A stretch of 59,241 bases of DNA, counting the filler, from Bipalium vagum (Eukaryota): the NCBI GenBank assembly GCA_037834085.1. It is 3 parts of 3 records of this genome, joined end to end, with 100 filler letters (N's around TTAATTAATTAA, not from the genome) between each part and the next. Parts side by side here need not be neighbours in the genome. Positions count along the whole stretch, not along the records: positions 17,424 to 42,936 come from JBBMKC010193180.1; 2 more parts are not named here. The stretch is one strand, 5' to 3'. The notes under the pieces are model-generated. The model saw only the letters and a program-made list of their open reading frames with translations, did no database searches and was not told where the DNA came from. Below are positions 22,467-34,400 of this stretch, in pieces; position 1 is the first letter of the stretch, and the number at the start of each line of letters is the position of its first letter. The translations under genes were made by a program, and so were the position numbers.

Positions 22467-25400
22467 TCAAATAATTGATATACATCGAGTATATATCAAT
22501 TTTTAAAATCAATATCATTAAACTTAATTATTATTGATTAATAAATTAATTATTATAGATTTGTATGAATTGTAATAATATTATTATTACCAAATATCAA
22601 TTCAGCTTGTGAACAAAAATTAATTTTCCAATTAACCAATTATTTATTGGTGTATTTTGAAAATGATAACACTGTCTATTTTTTTTAACCCGATTCCAAT
22701 TCCGATTTTTCATGGGAATTCTCACCAAATTTCTAATATGCGGCAAACGCTTGATATTGCGACTCTGTTTTCTAACGTTTCCACTGATTGTGGAACATGG
22801 AAATACAATTTCGATAATCATTTCCATCGTATGAGTGTTACAGTGGAAATTTTAAACGAATTTTCGTTAAAGAAATTAATATATTCTCCATCGAGGAGAG
22901 ATTGAAAAACTTAAGTAATAATAATTATAAAAATATTTTTTTTCTTATTTTACCATTTTCCATACAAAGATCATCAAATATCGAATCACAAATATAGATC
23001 TTCTAACAATGTTTTGAAGAATGTTTTTCAAGGAAGTGAATTTTGAGAACTCGAAATAATTAATTTTAAAATTCTATTTGGTACTACATTCTTCCATTGA
23101 TATCACAATCAATATTATCAAGAAAAGTAACTTGTACTTTACTACTATTAGCTCATATGATACTTTAATGATAATAATAATTATAATAATTATAACAATA
23201 AAATAATAGTAATAATAATAATTATTAATAAATAATTGTCATTTTCAAAAATCAATGCTAGCCAAGAATTACTCATTAATATTTATTACGTCACACAACA
23301 ATCCATGATATATAAAAGCTGCATCTTATCCAACGAAATTAGCGGGCATAAATCACGTGTGTGAGAGCCTGTATCTGTCTGTCTGTCTGCCGGTCTGTAT
23401 ATATATTTTTATGTAAATGTGTGTGTGATTGAATATATCCCAATATTCAAGAGACGTCAAACTTGATTGATTTTTTATAATTCTTTTCTTTAATGATTTT
23501 ATAAATTTAACCTTTTTCAGCCTCGATTGATAATTTTCGTGTTTTTTAATAGAAATTAATCAATAAGTGTGATAATACTAACATTAACTATTCTACTATA
23601 GATTTAAGGAATATTTAATTCAATAACCAACTTTTCTTAAAATCAATAAGATTCTTCTACTATAGACATAATATATTTTCAATTGATAATTATTTAAAAT
23701 TCATTTTAAGAAATCAATTTTATATATGGTGTGCTTTGACCATTTAATGTTTAAGAGCTGTTAATTATTGGACATTTTTGATGAATAAAAAAGGAAGTAG
23801 TAAAAACAAAACAAAATTGATGATATCACGAGAATATTTTTGAGTAAATATTAATAATTGAGTTTCATCTGAGATTCTTAAAGTTTTAATGGGCAGCAAT
23901 TTTCAAATTGATTACCAATAAATTTTTCAAAAATGTCAAATAACAGTAGATATATTTAATTTATTGTATCAAGCTATATCTTGCTGCACTTGAGTTATTG
24001 ATATTTTTCCTTCACAAAGTCTATTGATCGGTATTAATTTAATATTCATTAAATCGTCTAAATATGACTTGAAAACATCGTTAGTAAAATATGTTTCCTG
24101 CATTCTTCAAACAGAGAGTCTCGGTGAAGAAATATCGATTTTATAATTAGCACAGAAAAATAATAGAATTGTTTTTAATATTAATAATAATAAATAAATA
24201 ATAGAAGATGATAGAAGAAAAATAATTATCTAAATACATTTTTCAAAAAAATCAATATCTTAGAGTGAGGTTTAATTGTCGGAAAACTTTCCAAGAAACA
24301 ATTCTCCCGTTTACTTCTTTTTGAGTTCCTCGCTTGATGTGATTATTGAGGTGAAATATTAATATTTAGAGATAATTGTAAAAATTTAAGAAAAAAATCA
24401 ATTTGAAAAATTGATTTTGTTATTAAAATTCATTAAATTACTTAAAAAAATTATTTTTTAAATCCCTTTTGTAATTGCTTTAAAATTATAAAAAGCAATT
24501 CATTTATAACTCTCGGTACAGGTCAGTGAGATGAATACATTTTAAATTTTTAGATATGAAATTTTCATAAATGTATATATATTTATTATAAAAAATAATA
24601 AATTTGCAAAATAGTTTCACTAAATCGATTCTTAATATTTGAAAAAGATAATCCTAGGTTTCTATTTAGTATAAAAATTCAATAAATACTTCAAAAATTT
24701 TAAGAATTAAAATATATTTTGAAAGTATTATAATTGACTTGTCTACTTAATATCTTATAAAATAGCACGAATTATTTTTTAGACTTTAGTTTCGAAAACA
24801 TTTTAATTTTAAAAATTCGTTCAAAATTGATTTTGATATATAAAATATTGATGTTGATCTTTGCTGCATTATTAATTGTTAAAATGATGAGAAATAACAA
24901 AATCAAACAAATTTATTATCTTTGATACCTTTCTATTTTTAAAATTTATTTATTGGGTTAAAATATTGATTAATTTTTCATAAAATTTTAAGACTACGAA
25001 AAACAATAAATTCGATTATATAATTAATTTGGTTTGAAATTATTATTATTCATTATTAGTATGAGAAATATTATCGATTTAATTGATTAAATTATCTGGA
25101 AATACCAATATATGATATAAACTGAATTTTTACATTACAAAAAGAATAAATTTAGAAAATAATATAAATTAATAAATAATTCGTTAAATATCAATAATAA
25201 AACTTAGTACAATCAATTTAATATATATCTTATATAATATAAATCTTGAAAATTTCAAATAATAATCAATCAATGATCAATGATTATTTCATTTATTGTG
25301 ATAAAGACACTGAAAATTTTAAATTATTGATCTTTGGACAATCCCATTCCTTATCTTTCTATTTCTCTATTTCTTGTAATTTTGAATCAGTACTATATAT

Positions 25401-28400
25401 CCTAAAAAAGTAAATTTGTCATGCTTTGAACCGAGAAGATCGGTCAATCAAGTTCAAATAACTTGCGACTCTTAAATTTTCATTTTAAAAACACATGCCA
25501 CTTATTTTTCAGTCGAAAAATGAATCAATGGAAGTACAACAGTTGACGAGAATATAAGCGAAACGAACATTCTTCATTTTTGTGCTCGTGTGTCTGTATT
25601 AAATGGAATTGCCATTTCTATTATTAACCCAGGCCACTGTTGTGTGTATGCATGTGTCCTTATTTTTGGGTGTGTCCGTGGATATTTTTTCTTTTCTCAA
25701 AAAACATGTTCTCCTCCCGTTGTCATTATCGGTGCACCAATTCATGTTTTTTCTCGTTAATTATCTAAAAATATGTGTCAGTAGCAAAAAATATACCTTG
25801 ACTTGAAATTAACGTCAAATAAACATCCCTCACAATCACATTTCCTACAACAGACAGGAGAAATTTTGAAGACATTGTTGTGTGGGAAAAATTCCGATCC
25901 CTGCCCATTTTTTCGAGCTGTGTATAGTTATTGAGAGAAAAATAAGAGATAGAAAGAGAAAAACGAAAGACGACAGGTTCACAATTTCACTTTCCCCCCA
26001 ATTTGGTCGTCATATCACAGGATAATGTGCACTGTTCATTAACTGGCCTTTAACACGATCAATTTAACACATTTAGTGCAATTTATTTCATAAACAGACT
26101 GTGTAACTACTGCCACCAGTATAGTGGACAGGTGGGTGAGGGGTAGGAACGGGGTTTTCCCAAAGAAGCCAAAAACGACAGAGGCTGCTAAACGCCGTGA
26201 TTGCAATTATCATTATTTGAGGCAGAAAAGGGTGTAAATCAAAAAATATTATTCTCTTTATGGTTGCGCGAAGAGTGAGGGAAGGGATCAAAGAGAAATG
26301 TAATAATTGACATTCACTCCGATATTTTCTCTCTTCTGGTGCAATATAAATTCGACCATCTCAACTGTGCAAGCAATGAAAAAATCACTTAATACAGTAC
26401 ATTGGCATGTTGGCCCAATGGTGGTTGTATTGAGAAATATAATCTCCACAGGAGAGAGATACAGTGGATTCCATGTGTGAATGACATCTCTAGTGGTTCA
26501 GTGAGCTTTACGAAACTTCTTAATGAACTGATGATTTTCTGCCTTTGTTCGCATTAATTAATGGTTCTGTGATTTCGATTCATTAATTCCATTTTCAGTG
26601 CAGTGGTGCAGTGTAGTGTATATTTCACTTTCTTTTCCCTTCATTTAACCAATGAGCCTTTACTGAATATGATAGAAACTCCAATTATACGTCTAAAAGA
26701 AAAAGTTTACAAATCACCATCGTATCGATGGTGTATTAGACTTGGACGGTGGAATGTGTTTAGGTTTCAATTTTCCTGTCATTAAAAAGACTTCAAACTT
26801 TATAGATATAGTTTTTAGTTAGTAATCAGTAAATTATTCAAGCACAGATTTATAATAAGAGTATTTGTTATTCGATTAATTTAAAATCAATTTTTTTAAA
26901 AGTACACCCAGAGGACAGAATAAAAGTACAAATGTAAAATTGTTGATTGAAATTAGTAAGGAGAATCGATTAATTTCGATTAAGTGATTGTCAATTTTAT
27001 TAAAAATCGATTAAAAAATAATTAAAATATTGAAGTTGAAATAATTTTTTAAACAAATAAAGCGAAAGTAAAAGAAGTAAATGATAAAAATAATAAAAAT
27101 TTATAATAATAATTAAGAATAAAATTTTAATTTATAAACTTAATAACAATAAATTATAATAATAATAACAATTATTATTATTATTTATTATTAATATTAT
27201 TATCATTCAGTTTTATATCAAAATTAAATATTTGATAAAAATATGAAAATAAAAGATTTTTAATCATTTTTATGAGTTCAATTGGATATAGTAATCTTTT
27301 TCGGAAATTAATGAATTTTTTATTCTCACGTGATTGATTTTTTCTAAAAATAGAACATGATTGGCTTTTTATTATTTCGCATGTTTTATCTTCAAACTGA
27401 AAACAGTCATTGTTAAACTAAAATTTGAAACGTAGAAATGAAGAAATGAAGAAATAATAATTTTGATATTATGATATTAAGAATTATTATTATTATTATT
27501 ATGTTTTTATATTAATAATCATCACAGATTATTAATCATTTATTTCAAAAATTATCACACATGACCTGTGTTATTAGTTTAATTGAAAAATGAATCTTTA
27601 ATTAGTTTTTGTTCGCCTTCGTCATGATTGTTTTATGTTAATATAATCTATATATGGAGAGTAAAAGGGAAAAATATTTCTGGTTATAGCAAATCGGCAA
27701 TTTGTGATTTTATTTATATTATTAATTAATTTATTATTTATTAAGAGTTATTATTTGATTATTTTTGAAGATTATTGAATTTGTCCAGACTGAAATTGTG
27801 ACGATTATAAAATTTTTGATTATTTTATTAATTTGTTTCAATTAGTTTTTTATCAACTTTCATTTCTGTTAAAATCATTCAGGGTTTTTAAAATAGAAAT
27901 AATAATATTGATTTAATTCTAATTATTGTTTTAAAAAATAATAATGATTATAATAATATTATTATAAAATATAACAAATAATATTATTTTATAAAATAAT
28001 AATGATTATCATAATATTTTTATAAAATCATATATTCAATATAATAAATATAAATTATATAATTGAGAATTATAAAATACAGGGTTTAACACGCCATTTA
28101 GCTTTCTTAACATTACATTTCGTTATTTAAAAATTTGATTTCGTTTTTATAACATTAGATTTGTAATTTTAATATTTTGTTTAGTTTTTTTTAACATAAG
28201 ATTTGTCTAACAAAAAACACCAAGATTTTTAGTTAAATTCAAGATAATCAATTTCCATCAATAATTATCAGCTTCTGCATACATTTAGGGATAAAAGAAA
28301 ACACATTGCGATAAAATCCAACAGTCTTCACTCGTTATGAGAAGAGACGAATCGTCAATAACCCTAAAAAGTTGGTCCTCACTTTGTGGTCTTGATTGTC

Positions 28401-31400
28401 TTACTGTGTGTTTCCATTTTGAAAACATATTTTCGATAGGATTTAAAAAAAGCGAGTAAGGTGGAAGGAATAATAGTTGAATATTTTCCAAATTAAATTT
28501 ATCCCTAATTATTTGTGATTTATGGAAGTGAACATTGTCCATAATCAATAGGGCTTTAGAAATGTGATAATTATCAAAAATGTGATATTAGTAACTTGAA
28601 ATAGCTTTAACAAAATTAGAAGCAAACTTAGACGGCATTAGCCAAAAAACTTTTCATTATTTCAAAAATACTCCTAACAATCTTAATCGATTAAAAGAAA
28701 GTTATCAGTCGATATTTTATTTCAGCCGGTCGAGTTGCCGCTCATATTAATAGAGTCAATACAAATACACCAAATGGCCCGAATCCAATTTACGAAACAA
28801 ATTCATCTATGATGAGCTCAGATCTTGAATCAACGAGTTTTTTTGATTCCGAAGATGAATCAAGCAGGTAAATCAATTTGAATTTTTTCACTTAAACAAC
28901 CAATAATTTATTAAAAAATCTTGTTCGTGCAAGTTTTATTTTATTTTCATATTATAATTTTAAAATTAATTGCTTTATTTATCCATTAGCAGTTCAAATT
29001 ATGTAATAGTATTTCTAAACAACATCGTTAGTGACAATTCCAACCGCACATTATTGATCTTTGCAGACAAAATTTTAAACAGTCTAAACTTTTATACTTA
29101 TACTTAAAATAAATTAATTTCGACTGTCTGTAATTTTCAAATTGTGCTTTTTCATTTAATCTTGTGATCTTAAAAATTATTAAATTTAAAAAATCAATAA
29201 TTTAGTAAAATTGTAAAACTAGTGTGAGGTAGTTTTGTTTTTAATTAATCGGATTTCAGTGCACTGTGTTTATTGATTTCTTAAAAAATATTTTATTAAT
29301 TTAAGAGATTATTATAAATTCTATTTAATTTATAATATAATAATATAACAAATGACTTTTTACTGAAAAATTAATTTATTAATTTTAAATCAATTTTCGA
29401 TAATATATCTTTTTCTATGCCAATATTAGGTTGTGTCCTATGAAATGTCAGATTCGAATTGTTAATTTTTACAAACGTTATTACAATCATTTAAAGTAAA
29501 GCTGCAGAATTTGCATTTTGAAATCATTATTAAAATATGGTATTTTCATTTTTTTTTGAAAGATCAGATAAATTTTCTAAAAAGACCAGGAAGTAAACAC
29601 AAACGGAGAAAAAAATAAATTCGCTAAATTTACTTAAACGAACGGAAATTACAACACAGTTTCGGAAGCTGTTGAGAGCGTTAATTTGACTTTCAGCAAA
29701 GATACATGTAATGATGGTACCATTTGGTTTTTCTGGAAGGTGACGAAAATCGACCAAACACAGAACACGGTTGGCCTAGAAGAGTTACTGAAAATGCTGA
29801 TCTACTGGCGGAGGAGGGATTAAATTAGAATTCAATTGTTTTTGCCAAAACATTAATTGTTAATTCCAATACAATTGCAGGAAATTTGAAAGCAGTTGAT
29901 ATTAATGAGGTTAAAAGGGTTTAGCATTGCAAATCTTTATTTTTATTAAATGAAAGGGTCTCGTTTTTAAGTTGATGATAACATATTATGAAAAATGGGT
30001 GTTCTACAATATCCGAAGATATTTTACAAAATGGATAAAGGTTAATCAACATCCTTCCCCTTACTTAAAATTTATTCTGATGTCCAAAAAATAATTTTGA
30101 AACATTCTGTTGGTCCATTGTTGTTATCATAAATTTTTCACTGCTATATCTTGGTAAGATTATCACAACAGAAAAGTACTGCTTTGAGCTACAAATAATG
30201 TACCAAAAATAAAGCTATAAACAGCCTTCAATAATTTGTATCACCTACTGAATCTCACAGATCTGGTACCAACGAATTACCATTTTTTTAAGAATCTAAT
30301 TAATGTTTTGGCCAAGAAAATCTTTGAGAAGCGGGTTGGTATCAAATTATCATCTTCGAATTCATCACTTTTGGAAAACCAGATTTTTATACAAATGATA
30401 TTTAGAATCTGGTAATTTATTAACACAAATGTTTTGAATGCAATGGTGACGTTATTTGATTAAATAAATTTCTTATAGTTGTTTCATTGATTTCTCTATT
30501 TATCATGTAATCGGATATTTAATTTGACACAACCTAATACATTTTCAATTAAGTTTGCATATGTTATAGTTATTACATTAACTATGTTGTTAAATCCATA
30601 GATATATCTAATAATATAAGTCCTATTTTATTGAAAATACCAAACTTTTATTCTTTACAATTTTAACTTATTTCGATTATATTCGTATTTTAAATTCACA
30701 CTTTTAGAATGATTTTGAAACCATATAAATATTATTTTGATAAATTTTATTGGTTTTTTCCAAGAAAATCAATATTTAAAAAATTTGTAAGTCTAGTGCA
30801 TTTTCAGATTTTATTGATCCGAACTCATTATCAAGTTTTATATATTATTTTAAAAATATTTTATTTATTATTTAAAACGTTTATTATATAATTTATTTTT
30901 ATTAAAGTTTGATTTTTTTCTTAATTAAAATTATTTACATAAATTTATTATGATATAAATTTAAATAATATATTTAAATTATTTTATATATTATTTTCAT
31001 TGAATTAATTATTAATTTTTAACAATGTTCGATAATAGCTTAAAGATTTAACGGATATAGCCTTTTCAATAATTATTATTGATAATATAATGAGCTGTTT
31101 TTAATTTTTCATGTTTGACAAAATCTGCTATATTTTCTTTTTAAAATTAAGAACTGCGTTATTAGATAACCTTTTTTGGAATAAAATCTTGTTAGGTTAG
31201 ATCAAAGAATATTCAATAAACTGTGATTCTCATTATCTCATGGACTACCAAAAAACTGGAATTTACAGTAAATATTTTAATAGATTAATAAAGTGGAAAA
31301 TAATTCAGGTAAATTAATGAAACTTAATGTCACCATATTGATTTGTGATATCTAAAAAAACTGAAAATTAATCAATTCAATTTCTTTATTGTTTCCTGAG

Positions 31401-34400
31401 GATGTTCTTAAGAATCTTTTGAAACCATCATTTAAAATTTACTATAAGGCACACATTGGCTGTAATATTTCATTAAATCGATATTGAGTTGACCATAAAC
31501 CATTTTAAACATTTACAGCTAATAAAAGTAAGATTTATTATTTTTCTTAAGTCCTGAAGTTAAAGAACCTCTTCTGTTAATGATATTTGTTTATATTTAT
31601 TGACAATTTTCTATTCCAACTAAATTGAAATTCACCGATTTTTACTTGTAAAAAATCGGAAAATGTTTGTTTTTTATTAATAGACTGTGTTTATTGAAAT
31701 TCAGTAAAGTTCAATGAATGAATATTACAGGTATTCAGACAAGAAAAATATCTTTTTCGGACAGCTTTCTGCATGCAAAATATTGAAGAATTTATTTTTT
31801 GTAAAATTAACACGTGTTGGAAAAATTTCGCCTTTCGTTTCCGTGAATTTTTCTCATCTAAAAATCTTGAAATATTTTTTTCGTGTTTTTTCCCATGTGA
31901 AATCGATTTCTTTTATCTAAATTTCCAAAATCATAAGTGTTTTTTCTTTAATACAGATGTCATGTAGATAAGTAATTCTTAAATTTTTATTGTCACTGTC
32001 ATTTTTTGTTATTATCTACTTTTTATAAAATTCCTCCAATGAAGTCTCTGATTATAACAGAAATCAATAATTAAAATTTTTTAACACTGGAATTCAATAT
32101 TTCTCATCTTTTGTCACCACGAATTAAATCATTATAAATCTTGTCAAATAGAACATGTCAAATAAGGTTAGGATAGATTTTGGCAGATTACCAAGTTTCT
32201 TTGACATTTTTTCGAATTATAAGGTTACGAACAAAATTAATTTCTTAACTGAATTTTTATCAGTTAGAATTTATGTAGTTTGACTTTGTAACTCTAACAA
32301 ATATTATGATAATTTTTATAGGATTTTTCCAAAAATCCAATAAATGAAAAAAACTTTTAATTTTTAAAGTCATTTGAAATTCCTATGGTCAGAAAATAGA
32401 GTTTAGCTCAATTAGGAATGGTGGAAAAGTTTGATTAAATAGGTTCCACAAGATTTCCACGGAAACCAGAAATAAAATGATTTGTAAGTTTGTTTGATGC
32501 TGCGTTTTCGTCAAAAATGTAATCAGTTTTTGAATCGGTGTCACTTGTGATGAAAAATAGATCAGATTTGACAATCGTAAACGTTCAGCTCAGTAACTGG
32601 ACAAAGATGAACCACCGAAAAAAATCTTAGGACAATAGCCCAGATAAATCAGTAGATAAACTCATATCTACTGATTTCATGACGCTAAATCGTACAATGC
32701 AAAATTGACTTCAAAACTTCAGGAATCGGAATTTGAACTTCTTAATCACCTTCCTTCACAACCATTTCTTGGGGATTTCGAATAATTCAATTCAGACCAT
32801 ATTGAAAAACTGGTATACAAGGAATTCATTGACTCTGCTCCACCAGGGGTTTTTATGACCAGCCTGAACAACTTCTGCTTAAATGCTTAAATTGTATAGA
32901 CAATATGGGTGTATACATTGACGAAGAACATAATTCCTTGTATTTGTAATTTGTCAATGAACTTATTATTTTCTTTTAAAATTTTCATATTTGACAATAA
33001 TCTGAGGCTCGAAACATAATTTCAATAGTCAGATGTTTCAAAAATATGAATAAATTATAATTAATAATATTATTATGTATACAAATAATACATTGTTTTA
33101 AAGTACCTTCAAAATTTATTTTATTAAAAAAAAGTGATAAACATTTATCAGTCGCCCTTGTTATGGATAACTTTGTGCCATCTTGCATGCAGTTAAGGAA
33201 TTCCAGAAATTCCTAAAGCCATTGTCATATGGTATCCACTGATTGAAAGTGTGTGTCACACAAGGTATGCTGCATTGACCTAAAAATTGATAACCAGTTG
33301 TTTCAATGCCTGGTGAATACACAGGATGCGCCAAGATTTCCCAACCAAGCTTCATTATTGTGTCTTTTGTCCTTGAAACTATACGTGGCTTAGTGTTATC
33401 ATGTAACAGTATCACAGGTCGTTTTCCATTCCCACTAAACGGCCTTTTAACTCAAAATGTTGACTCAACCGGATTGGTCTTTGAAGGGATCGACTTTCCA
33501 TACGAACGATTATAGACTCTGTCTATTAAGAAGAGAAAGAAATGTTGCCATTCTTTGATTTTTATTGGATTGTGTGAGTTCATGTGAGATCCATTTTCCT
33601 TCTTTCGGGATCTTACTCGACTCATGTAGTTGAATAAAAAGTGTTTGCTGAGTGACTCCGAATTGATTAGCATGTCCAAAGATTGAAATATTAAAACATC
33701 TGTCTTAGTTAAATTGCAAATTTAGATTATTTATTTGCACACCTAACATACCTAACTAACGTATAAAAATAAAATCTTTCACTTTGTAAAATTTTCACCT
33801 TTATCAAGAAGGATACCATTCTAATATACATTTAATAAGTATTATTTTTAGAAATAAAGTTTTAATATGAATTGATTTTTCTCGCTTACTTATTAAATCA
33901 CAATGCCAAATGGTTTGAAAATATCCAATATCCGGTCTTAGTGCTATCGGTTTTTTTGTTGATTAAATAATCTGGAAGGAAGATCTTTACGTTTATGAAT
34001 CAGTAATAAAGAAGACAATAATATTTTAAAATTTTCTTTGTTTAAATGTGTGCACTTTTTCATAGATTCTCAACAACAACAGGAACGACAATGTCTTCGC
34101 GTTATGGTCGTCAGAAGCAACAAAGACGTCGAAGAAGACCACCGGCCATAAGCCGAGTTTGTTTCTTAAAGAGTTGTAATTGGTCGATGAGCTAAATGCT
34201 TCTCATCGTTTAGGCATCATCATTCAGTAGCATCACCGATTCCACAATGTCACTGAATATCGTTACAGTTCGATTGAATATGGACACAGTCAAATTCTTG
34301 GGTATCAGTATTGTTGGTCAGTCCAATAAAGGTGGTGATGGTGGCATTTATGTTGGTTCAATAATGAAAGGAGGTGCTGTTGCTCAAGATGGGCGGTATC

